NCBI GenBank assembly: GCA_038231435.1
Contig: JBBRLJ010000008.1
Location: forward strand, 61,091 to 125,090
DNA length: 64,000 bases
Source: Planctomycetota bacterium
GTDB lineage: Bacteria; Planctomycetota; UBA11346
Direction of reading: 5' to 3'
Shown: positions 47,143-56,834 of the stretch, piece after piece
Layout: every line of letters starts with the position of its first letter
How positions within the stretch are numbered: the first letter of the stretch is position 1
Notes under the pieces: generated by a model
Seen by the model: only the letters and a program-made list of their open reading frames with translations
Database searches by the model: none
Told to the model about the DNA's origin: nothing
Position numbers and translations under genes: made by a program

Positions 47143-50100
47143 TCACGGGACCGTGCTGCGATGATCCCAGGGGATCACCTCCAGCAGCCGGGCCTGGAAG
47201 GCTGCGCGTTCATCGGTGGGCAAGGCCGTCGTGAACTGCCTGAGCCGATGCCAGGTCTCGTCACGACGCTGGTGACCCCAGCGCCGCCACCAGGCGATCA
47301 GATCCGTGCGCAATCCGCCGCCGATCGTTCCATCCAGGCCGGGGCCGTGGGCTGGATGGAAGCCGTCGGCGCCGCAGATGAACGCGGCACAGGCCGACCT
47401 CACGGCGGCATCCCCGGCGTGCAGGCCGCGCTTCAGCGCGGGCAGCGCGTCCTGGCCCATGGCGATCAGCGAAGACGCCGCGTCGGCACGGGTCTCGACC
47501 TTCGCGAGCGCTTCGACCTGGTCGAGGCCACGCGGATCCGCCCGTTCATCGTCGTAGGTGATGCGGATCGGACCCGAGATCAGCCATTCGTGCCCGGGCA
47601 CCATCGCCACCGGAGCGACCGCCATGGCGTTGTCCGGTTCCGGGAAGGTCAAGGCCACCTGGGCTGATCCCAGTCCGCGGACATCCGGGTTCGGCTCGGC
47701 ATCCATCACGAAGCGGTACGACGCGCCGGGTGCGATGCGCAGGAAGTCCGCTGCCGTCAGATCAGGCACCGCGTCGAAATTCAACCAGTGCGGGAAGTTC
47801 TCGTGCCCGGGCCTGAGCAGGAACAGCTGCCAGAGGTGCTGGAAGATGCAGAGCTCGTGGTCGGTGGTGTTGGTGATGGTTACCAGCAGGCTCACCGCGT
47901 CGCCGGGCTGCGAACGCGGCCCGACCTGGATGGCGGCGATGGTGATGCCTTCCGCGGGTTTCCCCGCCGCCGCCGGGATGGCGTCCAGCGCGGCCGCGCA
48001 CGCGGTGCGAACCATCGGATCCGCGTCGTCGAGCCTGTTCCCCAATTCCACCGCCGCGGCCGCACCGCGCACGCTCAGGGCGGCGATGGTCTCGGCGGGG
48101 CTGCCGGCGGTGGACGTGAGCGTCGCGTCCACGGCGCGATCGGCGGCGTGGTCCTCGTCGGTTGCTGTCGCCGGAACCAGATACGGATCCATGCCGCGGC
48201 GTTTGCGCAGCGCCGCGAGCGCGACCTGCCGCTCGAGCGCGTCGGCGGCTTCGCGGATCATCCCTGGTGGGCCCAGCTGGGCTTTGCCGTCGACATAGAG
48301 GAGGAACCGTCCGTCATGATTCGCGCACGTGCCGCTCCAGGGGCGGCCGCGGCGCCAGATTCCGGAGAACAGCTCGGTCCCTTCCGCATCCAGATGGGCG
48401 ATGGCAGTATCGCCATCGCCATCGCCGATGACGGTTTCGCGGAACGACACCGAGCCGTCCGCCCGATACTCGTCGACCGCGGCCAGCCGCCCGCCCGCGA
48501 ACGAGGCGGAGAACCAGCGCTCGCCATTGGCTCGGAACTCGACCAGCGTTCCGGTGCCGTGGTCGAACTTGCCGCGCCAGCGTTCGCGCCCGTCGCGGGC
48601 AAAGCTCACCCAGTCGCCATGGCGTCGTCCCGGCGTGCCGATCGTCGCCAGTCCCCATCCGCGCCCGTATCCGCCGCGAGGCAGCGGCGTGAGGCCGGCG
48701 ATCCAGCCGCCGCTCGCCGCCAGCGTGCCGTCCGGGTACCAACGCCGGTAATCGCCATCGAGTTGGCCATGGACGCAGGTGAAGGCCTCCTTTCCCATGT
48801 TCCCCATGCGGCGGGTCGTGCAGTTGCCGTTCCACAGTCCGTGATCGAACGTCTGCTCCTGCTCGACCTCACCGTTGGCATCGAACCAGCGCCACAGGCC
48901 ATCCGCGGTTCCGTCATCGAACTGGCCTGAGCAGATGACTTTGCCATCGGACGAGGCCAGGATGCGGGCCGGCCCCTGGAGCTGTCCACGGCGGTAGGTG
49001 GCGAATTCCTCGTGGTCTCTGAACATCGATGCATCCACAAGGTGCCATTCGCCCTCGCGAGTTCCATCCATGAAGCGCCCCCGCCACTCGTGGTCGCCGC
49101 TCTGGAACTTGGGTTTCAGCCGATATTCGCCGTGCGGCACCGCGACGCCGTCCGGCAGCAGATACCAATCGAGGGCGAGGCTCGCCCACCCTTCGCCGAA
49201 GTACGGCGCGTCACCCCACCAACGTTTCGGGAAAGGCTCGCCTTCGAAACGAGAGGTTTCGAAAGGAAGAAGGCGCTTCTCCCCAGGCTTCGGAATATTC
49301 TCTGAGACGATCACGCCGGAGTGGTGGATCTCCCTCACGAAACCAATTGGCAGAGCTGGCTGAGGGGATTGCGAGGCGCGTGGCGGCAACCGGACGAGGG
49401 AAGCATCGCTCGTCGCGGCCATTCGCTCCTGTTCGTGCCAAAGCGGAGCCTTGCCGAAGTACGGATTCTCATCCCATGCGATCGCGTACGCGCCATCGTC
49501 ACGTCGCGGCAGGGCGATGAGGATCCACGGCCGCGCGGGCAGCGAGCGTCCGGAGGTTTGGAATCCCGGCGTGCTCAGGCTCACGAGCGTGCGTTTCTCA
49601 TCCGATCGAACCTCCTCGCAGGTGATCCCGGAGGTGTTGCCGGTGTCTCCATAGCAGACGGCCAGGACCACATCGCGCGTGAAATCGACCTCTGCTACCA
49701 CCGGTTCCGGCCTGGCCAGCCCGTCCCACGGTTCCGGCAACGGCTGGAAGTCGCGATCAGCATCGTCCACGCCGTGCAGGCGCTCGATCACGCGCGCGCA
49801 CTGCTCTGCTGTCGTCGCAATGAGGGCGAACCGAGTCGCGCATGCGCCCCATCCGCCGCCCGCGACGACTCGTGCCTTTATCACTTGGCCAGACACAGGG
49901 GATTGGCCTGGGCACTGCTGACCATGCTCCACCTCGTAGTATTCCGCCTCCCCGGATCCCGTGGTGTCGCCAGCGCCTCGCACCGCCACCAGCGCGCGCT
50001 CGACAGTCTCAGAGGTTTTCGACGAAGCGCTCTTGGTGTGGTCGGAGCAGAACGCCAACATCCGCCAGGCCGGGCTCACCGCGCGCGACCACCGCACCGC

Positions 50101-50355
50101 GCTGGTCGCGTCGTCGACCGCCACCAAGTCGCCCGCGAGGCCGAGGTACACGGTCGTGCCGCGCCAGCTCAGGCCGAGATCGACGTCGATGCGGCGACCG
50201 TCGCGCAGTTCGAGCGTCTTCGTCGAAGTGCGCGCGTCGGCGTATTCCAACGGCGGAGGCGGGTTGTCTGCGGCACCGGCCGCGCTCAGCCCAACGATCG
50301 ACGCCAAAGCCAAGAACATGACCCGGCTCAGCGCGAGTCGAGGAGGGCGATTCAT
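47143..50355 (-). CDS. Large secreted multidomain protein with MORN-like (YwqK-type) and HEAT-like repeats
   Basis: Signal peptide; VDF.RDVVLAV..G; repeated G.W..Y/F..DG; LDDADPMVRTACAAAL. Confidence 0.65.
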   Translation of the reverse strand: MNRPPRLALSRVMFLALASIVGLSAAGAADNPPPPLEYADARTSTKTLELRDGRRIDVDLGLSWRGTTVYLGLAGDLVAVDDATSAVRWSRAVSPAWRMLAFCSDHTKSASSKTSETVERALVAVRGAGDTTGSGEAEYYEVEHGQQCPGQSPVSGQVIKARVVAGGGWGACATRFALIATTAEQCARVIERLHGVDDADRDFQPLPEPWDGLARPEPVVAEVDFTRDVVLAVCYGDTGNTSGITCEEVRSDEKRTLVSLSTPGFQTSGRSLPARPWILIALPRRDDGAYAIAWDENPYFGKAPLWHEQERMAATSDASLVRLPPRASQSPQPALPIGFVREIHHSGVIVSENIPKPGEKRLLPFETSRFEGEPFPKRWWGDAPYFGEGWASLALDWYLLPDGVAVPHGEYRLKPKFQSGDHEWRGRFMDGTREGEWHLVDASMFRDHEEFATYRRGQLQGPARILASSDGKVICSGQFDDGTADGLWRWFDANGEVEQEQTFDHGLWNGNCTTRRMGNMGKEAFTCVHGQLDGDYRRWYPDGTLAASGGWIAGLTPLPRGGYGRGWGLATIGTPGRRHGDWVSFARDGRERWRGKFDHGTGTLVEFRANGERWFSASFAGGRLAAVDEYRADGSVSFRETVIGDGDGDTAIAHLDAEGTELFSGIWRRGRPWSGTCANHDGRFLLYVDGKAQLGPPGMIREAADALERQVALAALRKRRGMDPYLVPATATDEDHAADRAVDATLTSTAGSPAETIAALSVRGAAAAVELGNRLDDADPMVRTACAAALDAIPAAAGKPAEGITIAAIQVGPRSQPGDAVSLLVTITNTTDHELCIFQHLWQLFLLRPGHENFPHWLNFDAVPDLTAADFLRIAPGASYRFVMDAEPNPDVRGLGSAQVALTFPEPDNAMAVAPVAMVPGHEWLISGPIRITYDDERADPRGLDQVEALAKVETRADAASSLIAMGQDALPALKRGLHAGDAAVRSACAAFICGADGFHPAHGPGLDGTIGGGLRTDLIAWWRRWGHQRRDETWHRLRQFTTALPTDERAAFQARLLEVIPWDHRSTVP

Positions 50356-50427
50356 GCAGCGACGGTAGGCCGGGGCGGCGCCACGCAATCCGCCGCGAAC
50401 CGCCTCGAATCGCATCGGAGGCCGGAG

Positions 50428-51231
50428 CTACGCCGCCAGCAACGGCCTCAGCTTGCGCACGCCGCGCTGCACGCCCACTACCGGTTCGACCGCGCCCTCG
50501 TATTCGATGCCCAGCCATCCGTCATAGGCGCACTCGCGCGCGATGGCCAGGCAACGGGCATGATCGAAGCGCGGATGGACCAGGGCCTCGTCGATGTCGT
50601 TGACCTTGGCGTGGACGCCCATCGCCAGCGGCATGATCATGCGCAGGGCGGCGTAGCGGTCGGTGGCGTCGTCCCAATTGCCGAAATCCGCGAGCGCGCC
50701 GACGATGTCGGCGCCGTGCGACGAGCGCACCGCCGTGAGCACCTCGACCATGCTGCGCGGATCCATGCTCAGACCCCAATGGTTCTCCATCATGATCCGC
50801 ACCCCGTGCTTACGGCCGATGTCCGCTAGGCGTTGGAAGCTGTCGGTGCAGTTGGCGACCGCGCGGGCTCGGTCGGTGAGCGCGCCGCCGCCGGAGTTGG
50901 CGCGGATCGCGTCGATGCCGAGTTCCTTGGCGATCGGGATCCAAGCGCCGTAGTTGCGCAGTCCGAGCTCGCGTTGGCTGGCCTCGTCGTGCGACAGGTC
51001 ACCCTGCTCGTCGACCGCGATGTTCACCAGCGCGGTGCCGGCGCGCGCGGCGGCTTCGCGCAGCTTGGACAGGTAGGCCGAGTCGCGCGACGCGAAGAAG
51101 ATGTTGTTGAGCTCGATGCCATCGAGTCCGAAGCGGTCGCGGGTGAAGGCCGGGAAATCGAGCAGGGTGAGCGACGGGGGCGTAGAATTGAAGAGCTTCT
51201 GCAGGCTCCAGCCGGCGAGCGATAGGCGCAT
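50428..51231 (-). CDS. Sugar phosphate isomerase/epimerase (xylose isomerase-like TIM barrel)
   Basis: MENHWG, DFGN, HAK, IEYEG; GGAG RBS. Confidence 0.88.
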   Translation of the reverse strand: MRLSLAGWSLQKLFNSTPPSLTLLDFPAFTRDRFGLDGIELNNIFFASRDSAYLSKLREAAARAGTALVNIAVDEQGDLSHDEASQRELGLRNYGAWIPIAKELGIDAIRANSGGGALTDRARAVANCTDSFQRLADIGRKHGVRIMMENHWGLSMDPRSMVEVLTAVRSSHGADIVGALADFGNWDDATDRYAALRMIMPLAMGVHAKVNDIDEALVHPRFDHARCLAIARECAYDGWLGIEYEGAVEPVVGVQRGVRKLRPLLAA

Positions 51232-51294
51232 GTGGTCTCCAGGGGGTATGGGCGTCGAGGCAGGGGGGCGATCAGGGGTCTTGGCGAGGCGGGT

Positions 51295-52281
51295 TCAGAG
51301 GTCGATCCAGCCGCCGCTGCGCGAGGAACGCGCGGCTGCATCCATGATCGTCACCGCGTCGAGCGCCGCGGCGAGGTCGGCCCGCGCTTCCGACGGATCC
51401 AGCTCGCCGCGAATGGCGGCGAGCAGGCGGCGGACCGAGTTCGGCTTTTCCGCGGCGGCGATCACGGGCACGGCCTGCTTGTTGGCCATCTGCGTGACGT
51501 ACGAGGATCCATTGTGGTAGAGGGCGCCGAGCGAGCCGACGATCTCCAGACCCTTGATGCCGGCCGTTTGCACCCACGAGCCCTCGACGGTGCCGAAAAT
51601 GCCATTGGCGAAGCGCAGATGCACCACGCCGAAATCGTCGGCCGACGGGTACTGGCCGCTGAGGTTGTGCGACGTCGCCCATACCTGCTTCACCGGTCCG
51701 AAGAGCATGCGTAGCGCGTGCACGCAGTGCGTGCCCTCGTCGAGCATGCCGCCGCCGCCGGCCAGTGACACGTCATGGAACCAGGCGAGGGCACTGTCGT
51801 CGAACCAGCGCCACCATGCTCCGCCGTGGCAGTTGCGGAAGCGCACATGGGTGACGCGGCCGAAGGCGCGCTCCTCGACCAGACGGGCGATCGCCTGGTA
51901 GTGGCCCATGAACGGATAGACGTAGCCGTTGACCAGGGTGCTGGAATGGCGGGCGCACAGCGCCGAGATCTCCTTCGCATCCGCTGCGGTGGTCGCGAGC
52001 GGCTTCTCGCACAGCACCGGCTTACCGCTGGCGAGCGCGCGGCGCAGGAGCGGCAGATGGCGGGTGTTCTCGGCGCAGATCACGAAACCGTCGACGCTGT
52101 TGTCGCCCATCACCTGGTCGAGGTCGGTGGTGTGCGTGCTCTTGGCGTAGCCGGCGTGCCGGGCACCACGGTCGGCGACGTCGTCCCAGACCGACGCGAC
52201 GCGCGCGCCGGCGGCGAGGGTGTCCTCGATCCATCCCTTGGCGTGGATGTGGGCGGTCGAGAGGAAGGCGAGATTGGCCAT
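51295..52281 (-). CDS. Gfo/Idh/MocA family oxidoreductase
   Basis: H......GKPVLCEKP, GGGGMLDEGTH. Confidence 0.88.
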   Translation of the reverse strand: MANLAFLSTAHIHAKGWIEDTLAAGARVASVWDDVADRGARHAGYAKSTHTTDLDQVMGDNSVDGFVICAENTRHLPLLRRALASGKPVLCEKPLATTAADAKEISALCARHSSTLVNGYVYPFMGHYQAIARLVEERAFGRVTHVRFRNCHGGAWWRWFDDSALAWFHDVSLAGGGGMLDEGTHCVHALRMLFGPVKQVWATSHNLSGQYPSADDFGVVHLRFANGIFGTVEGSWVQTAGIKGLEIVGSLGALYHNGSSYVTQMANKQAVPVIAAAEKPNSVRRLLAAIRGELDPSEARADLAAALDAVTIMDAAARSSRSGGWIDL

Positions 52282-52314
52282 CGCGGTGCTCCGGGCGGCC
52301 GGCGCCGCGGTGAG

Positions 52315-52355
52315 GTCGATTGGAATGTCGGTTGGAATGTCGGTTGGACTGTCGA
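52315..52355. repeat. About 3.4 x 12-bp direct repeat in a divergent intergenic region
   Basis: GTCGATTGGAAT GTCGGTTGGAAT GTCGGTTGGACT GTCGA. Confidence 0.75.
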
Positions 52356-52510
52356 AGGGAGAAGCGGCGCGGAAGGCGCGCGGGAATGATCGTAAGGGCC
52401 GAGGGTTCCCCGGGCGGCGGCGGGGTGGCCGCCCCCGGGCATTCCTTCCGAGCTTCGTGGAAATTTTGCTCTCAGGCTGGCCTATCGGCGCCGTCTCCGA
52501 AGATCGCGGC

Positions 52511-53764
52511 GTGCGTCCCCATGTCGCCATCTCGGCCGCGTTGTCCACCGCCTTGCCAACCATCGCGCGCAAGCGCATGGCGGCGCTCGCGTGTTCGGCG
52601 GCGATCTTCACCCTGGTCAACGGCGCTTTCGACGTCGTCGGTCCGCTGTGGGCGACCAGCGATCTCGGGCTCGACGCCGCGGGCTGGGCGCATCTGCGTT
52701 CGATGCGCATGGCCGGGACCTTCATCGGCATCGCGATGCTCGGCGTGGTGTCCGAACACATCGGCGCCCGTTTGATGGGTGCCATCGCCATGGGCCTCGG
52801 CGCGCTCGCCCTTGCTGCGATGGCCGGGTCGCCGACCGCCGCCACCGTGGCGATGCCGGTGTTCGGCGCCTGCATCAGCGCCGGCTACGTGAACCTCAAC
52901 GTGCTCACCCAAGGCGTGTCCACCACCCGGCAGGGCTTGGCCAATGCGCTCTACCGCGGCGTCGGCGCCGCCACCGCGATCGTGGCGCCCACGGCGGCGC
53001 TCGCGGCCGCGGTCCATTTCGGTTCATATGGCGAGGCGCTGCGGATCGGTGCCGCGGTGCTCGCGGTCGGTGGCCTGGTGCTGCTCGCGTACCCGCTCCC
53101 CCGCCGCGGTGAACCGACGCCGCCACTCGGCGCACTGCTCGCGGGCTATGCGCAGGCGCTGCGCCGACGGCCGCTGGTGGCCTTCGTCGCGCTCGAGCAG
53201 TGCTGGTACGCCACCCAGCTGGCGGTGGTGTCGTTCGCCGCCATCCGCCTCACCCGCGAGCTCGGCCTCGCCACGCCCGCCTTCGGCGCGCTCTGCACCG
53301 CCATCGCCATCACCGGACTCGCCGGCACGCTGGTCAGCGGTGCGGCGGAGGCGCGCCTCGGCACCCGGCGGCTGCTCGCGCTGGTATGGTCGGGTGCGAG
53401 CGCATGCGAGCTGGTCATGGGGTTCACCGATTCGCTGCCGGTCACCATGGCCGCGTATGCGGCCTTCTGCACCATCCTGGCCTTCGGCGCCGTGCCGGGA
53501 TCGATGTGGGTGAGCCGCGCCGCGGGTGCCGGCAGCCAGACCACGGCGTTCACAGTCTACAAGATCGGCGGTGCCGGAATCTCCGCCGCCGCGATCGGCG
53601 CGCTGGGTTTCCTCGAGCCGCATACGGGCATGCGCTCGCTGTTCTGGTGCGGTGGGCTGCTGGGGTTGCCCTTCTGCCTGGCGATCCTGCGCCTCGGGAA
53701 TGGAAACTCCGCCGACCCCTCGATGCGTGCTCCGCACACAGCGCTGCCCGGAACCACGCGGTAG
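52511..53764 (+). CDS. MFS transporter
   Basis: About 12 TM; G..SEHIGAR and G....RLGTRR motif-A-like loops; start uncertain (52511/52577). Confidence 0.78.
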   Translation: MRPHVAISAALSTALPTIARKRMAALACSAAIFTLVNGAFDVVGPLWATSDLGLDAAGWAHLRSMRMAGTFIGIAMLGVVSEHIGARLMGAIAMGLGALALAAMAGSPTAATVAMPVFGACISAGYVNLNVLTQGVSTTRQGLANALYRGVGAATAIVAPTAALAAAVHFGSYGEALRIGAAVLAVGGLVLLAYPLPRRGEPTPPLGALLAGYAQALRRRPLVAFVALEQCWYATQLAVVSFAAIRLTRELGLATPAFGALCTAIAITGLAGTLVSGAAEARLGTRRLLALVWSGASACELVMGFTDSLPVTMAAYAAFCTILAFGAVPGSMWVSRAAGAGSQTTAFTVYKIGGAGISAAAIGALGFLEPHTGMRSLFWCGGLLGLPFCLAILRLGNGNSADPSMRAPHTALPGTTR

Positions 53765-53828
53765 ATCGATCTGCAGGACCGTGTGCAACGTCGCTCGACG
53801 ATCCGAGGTCGTTCGGGTGGAGGGGCGG

Positions 53829-53834
53829 TATAAT
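53829..53834 (+). promoter_or_regulatory. Consensus -10 box
   Basis: TATAAT in high-GC context, 6 nt before a hairpin; no clear -35. Confidence 0.6.
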
Positions 53835-53840
53835 CCTCGT

Positions 53841-53979
53841 GTCGGCTGCATACGAACATGCCGACGCCAACGATGTCCGAGCCAGGACGATAGTCCTCGG
53901 CCCGGCATCCCCGAGGACCCGCCCACCGGGCGCGGTCCGATCTTGGACGGCCACCGCGAGGTGGCCGTCCATTTTTTTT
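53841..53979 (+). ncRNA. Putative stand-alone structured small RNA, family not recognised
   Basis: TATAAT, hairpins GTCGGC/GCCGAC, GTCCTCGG/CCGAGGAC, CGCCC/GGGCG, then terminator; next gene is convergent. Confidence 0.6.
53944..53979 (+). terminator. Intrinsic terminator
   Basis: 12-bp stem TGGACGGCCACC/GGTGGCCGTCCA, GCGA loop, T8. Confidence 0.9.
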
Positions 53980-54023
53980 GTCGGGCAGCGATGGCTTCGC
54001 CTGGCCATCCAGGATGATGCTGC

Positions 54024-54557
54024 TTATGGCCTGATGAACGCGCTGCGGCCGCCGATGCCGCCCGACGGCAACCTGAACGCCGGGTCGACACACGCCCGCA
54101 TCAGCGCGACCAGGAAGGTATTCGAATTGGGTCCCAGCAGGCGATAGTCGCCGCGCGAGGTCGGCAGCCTCGGATCGCGGGCGAATGCTCTCGCGGTATC
54201 GGCGAGGCAGGCACAGGGAGCGGCGGACGGGTAGCCGCGCTCGAAGACGGTGCGGGTCCGCACGCCCCCGCCACCCCATCGCTCGATCCCACGCGGATGG
54301 CCATGCGCGTTCGGCAGCGAGAAATCCTCGAGCACCAGCGAGGGCCGTCCGTCCTGGTCGGGAAGCGACCACGGCGGGATCGGCACCTGCCAGAGTTCAT
54401 GGGTTCGCCACGTCGCGGCTTCAGGATCCCCGCTCTGAGCACAGCAGGACTCGACAAACCCATGGCGGCCGACCCACAGGGTCTGCCGTACATACCACAT
54501 CTTGACGCTGATCCGGCACGCCGGCGGCTGTCCCCGGGGGACAACCCCAGGCGTCAC
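54024..54557 (-). CDS. DUF3750-like protein
   Basis: GRHGFV ... YP..DYRLLGPNSNTF...LPSGGIG; GTGA overlap with upstream gene. Confidence 0.6.
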   Translation of the reverse strand: MTPGVVPRGQPPACRISVKMWYVRQTLWVGRHGFVESCCAQSGDPEAATWRTHELWQVPIPPWSLPDQDGRPSLVLEDFSLPNAHGHPRGIERWGGGGVRTRTVFERGYPSAAPCACLADTARAFARDPRLPTSRGDYRLLGPNSNTFLVALMRACVDPAFRLPSGGIGGRSAFIRP

Positions 54558-54793
54558 TCGGCCTTGTCGGCCTCGGCATCGCCGGCTTCGGCGGCTCCCG
54601 CGATGCGCGTGAGCCGCTCGCGGAAGGGGGCGCTGACCTTGCCCACGAACTCGATGATCTTCTCGCGCTTCTGGTCGCTGACGCGCTCGCTGAGGACGGC
54701 AGCCATCTCTTCACGCGTCATCTGCGCGGGCACTTTGCCCTGATCGAGGGCGTTGAGCAGGAGACGGGCGGCGGCTTGCTTGGGGGTCGACAT
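54554..54793 (-). CDS. 79-aa helical hypothetical protein
   Basis: GAGGA RBS, strong codon bias. Confidence 0.7.
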   Translation of the reverse strand: MSTPKQAAARLLLNALDQGKVPAQMTREEMAAVLSERVSDQKREKIIEFVGKVSAPFRERLTRIAGAAEAGDAEADKAE

Positions 54794-55013
54794 GGTGTCC
54801 TCGAGTAGGTGGAACGCGGTTTGGAGGATACTCTCCCCGCCCGAGCCGCAACACGGTAAGCATGTTGACGCGTAAGTAACTATAGAAAAATGAGTTACAG
54901 AACCAGCAAGAGACTATTCCAGCCGCTACTGCGCGTTAGGGCGTGGTAGCCGACGATCGGATTCTGGCCTTTCCGGAGCGCCAAGCCACGTCCAGCGGCA
55001 CTCGATGGTGCCC

Positions 55014-55541
55014 TTAGCCGTTGGCCAGGGCCCCGGGGACTCCGGCCTTCTTGCGGCACGCCTCGCTCAGCTCGCGGATGCGGGCGAAGACCTCGTCGGG
55101 CTTCACCACGCCGTTGAGCGTCACCGAGGGGCTCGAATGATCGACGGTGTCCAGCACCACGTCGCCTACGCCCAGCAGGCGTGGCAGAAGCGGCAATTCG
55201 AGGTGCAGATCGCGCACGCGGTACAGTTCGAGATTGTCCACCCGGCGCATCAGCAGTCCGCGCGTCACCACCAGGCGCTCGGCGGTGAGGTCGTAGCGGA
55301 TCAGGCGCGAAGTGATCCACGCGCACGCGAGATGGACGACGGGGATAGCCAAGCCCACCCACGACCAATGGATCACCGTATCGATCACCGGTTGCCAGGA
55401 TGGCGGAACCTGCAGCCGGGCTGCGAGCAGGGGCAGCCACCAGCGGGCAGCCGCCAGCCCGACACCGACGATCACCCAGGCGGTGATGCGTCCGGCATGC
55501 GAGCGGAGCGCGGGATGTTGGGTCCAGAGCACATCGGCCAT
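55014..55541 (-). CDS. Bacterial PH domain membrane protein
   Basis: 2 TM; RY.LT.ERL...G.L.R..D.LELYRVRD...RLLGVG. Confidence 0.85.
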   Translation of the reverse strand: MADVLWTQHPALRSHAGRITAWVIVGVGLAAARWWLPLLAARLQVPPSWQPVIDTVIHWSWVGLAIPVVHLACAWITSRLIRYDLTAERLVVTRGLLMRRVDNLELYRVRDLHLELPLLPRLLGVGDVVLDTVDHSSPSVTLNGVVKPDEVFARIRELSEACRKKAGVPGALANG

Positions 55542-55621
55542 GCCAAGGCGTACCAGCTCGCCAGCCGCGGTCGAGCGCTCTCGCCCCCACCTCGTCCTCC
55601 CGCCGTGCGCTCTTCCCCGCT

Positions 55622-55700
55622 CCCTGCTCTCTGCTCTCTGCTTTCTGCTTTCCGCTCTCCGCAGTCTCCTCGCTCTTCAGTCTTCAGTCTTCAGTCTTCC
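55622..55700. repeat. Heptamer simple repeats (CTGCTYT)n and (TCTTCAG)3
   Basis: Directly visible; overlaps the ATPase stop. Confidence 0.75.
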
Positions 55701-56834
55701 CGCTTCCCCTTCTCCATCCTCCTCCGTCATCATCACCGCATCCTCGTGCCCAGCGATGCGCGTCTCGCCCTTGCGCTGCACCAGCGGCAAGATTCCCGCG
55801 CGCCCCTCGAGGCGACGCGCCAGCTCCTGCGAATGGGTGGTCACCACCACTTGTCCGCGGCTCGCCGCGGCGGCGATTAATTCGGCCAATGCCGGCACCA
55901 GGTCGGGATGGAGGCTGGTCTCGGGCTCGTTCAGCGCGATCAGCGGCGGAGGCTTCGGACTCAGGCAAGCCGCGGCCAGGCACAGGAAGCGCAGTGTGCC
56001 GTCAGACAGCTCGCGCGCCTGGAAACGACGGAACACGCCGGGCATTCCCCATTCCACCCACAGCCGTCCGTGCTGGTCGGCGGGGATCTCGAGCGTGGCG
56101 CCGGGGAACGCGCTGGCGATGGCCGTGGCCAGCTCCGGCTCACGGTCGGATTCGCCGATGGTCTGCAGCGCGGCGGCGAGATCGCAGCCATCGTGCGCGA
56201 GCGCGTTGGTGCGCACGCCCAGGCGCGGATGGCGCAGCGGCGCGTCGGCGTCGGTGCGGAACTCATGGTAGTGGCGCCAACGCGACATGCCGCCGCGCAA
56301 CAGCGCGAGTTCCGGCCAACGCGCCGGATCGTGCAGCTGGGCGAGGATGGACTCGTTGGTGTCGAGGGGTTCCTCGAGCGCCTGCCAGCGCCCGGCCTCG
56401 TCGCGCAGCTTGGCGCCGAGCCCGCTGCGTTGGCACAGCGAGGTGGTGCCGCCGCCGTCGAGGCGCACCGCGATCTCCTCCTCCTTCACCTCGGGATCGA
56501 GCATGAAGCGGGTGCGTTTCGGCGTCGGCAGCCCGAGCGCGATGCTGTAGATGAAGCGGCCCCAGACGATGCGCACCTTCATGCGCACCACCTCGCCCTT
56601 CTGGCGTCGACCTGCCCACAGCGCCGAGGGCATGCCGCCCTCCTCGCCCATGGTGGCGGCGAGCGTGCCCGAGGCGGCGGCGCTGAGCAACCTGAGCGCG
56701 CGGTAGCAGTTGGTCTTGCCGCAGCCGTTGGGCCCGATCACCAGCGTCAGCGGTGAGAGCCGCAGGCGCAGCTTGCGCAATGAGCGGTAGTTCTCGACGT
56801 CGAGCGCCGTGACGACGGACGCTGCCCGATTCAC
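55677..56834 (-). CDS. Predicted ABC/SMC-like ATPase (AAA_21 type)
   Basis: [35 protein letters not shown] overlap with tdh stop. Confidence 0.88.
   Translation of the reverse strand: MNRAASVVTALDVENYRSLRKLRLRLSPLTLVIGPNGCGKTNCYRALRLLSAAASGTLAATMGEEGGMPSALWAGRRQKGEVVRMKVRIVWGRFIYSIALGLPTPKRTRFMLDPEVKEEEIAVRLDGGGTTSLCQRSGLGAKLRDEAGRWQALEEPLDTNESILAQLHDPARWPELALLRGGMSRWRHYHEFRTDADAPLRHPRLGVRTNALAHDGCDLAAALQTIGESDREPELATAIASAFPGATLEIPADQHGRLWVEWGMPGVFRRFQARELSDGTLRFLCLAAACLSPKPPPLIALNEPETSLHPDLVPALAELIAAAASRGQVVVTTHSQELARRLEGRAGILPLVQRKGETRIAGHEDAVMMTEEDGEGEAGRLKTED

Noticed and set aside
51295..53764. Long N-terminal extensions on Gfo/Idh and MFS
   Set aside because: The extensions are each other's antisense; family motifs begin at 52281 and about 52511
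55677..56834. ATPase as a defence system (Septu/Gabija/PARIS-like)
   Set aside because: No partner nuclease; coupled to kbl-tdh; belongs to a common stand-alone family
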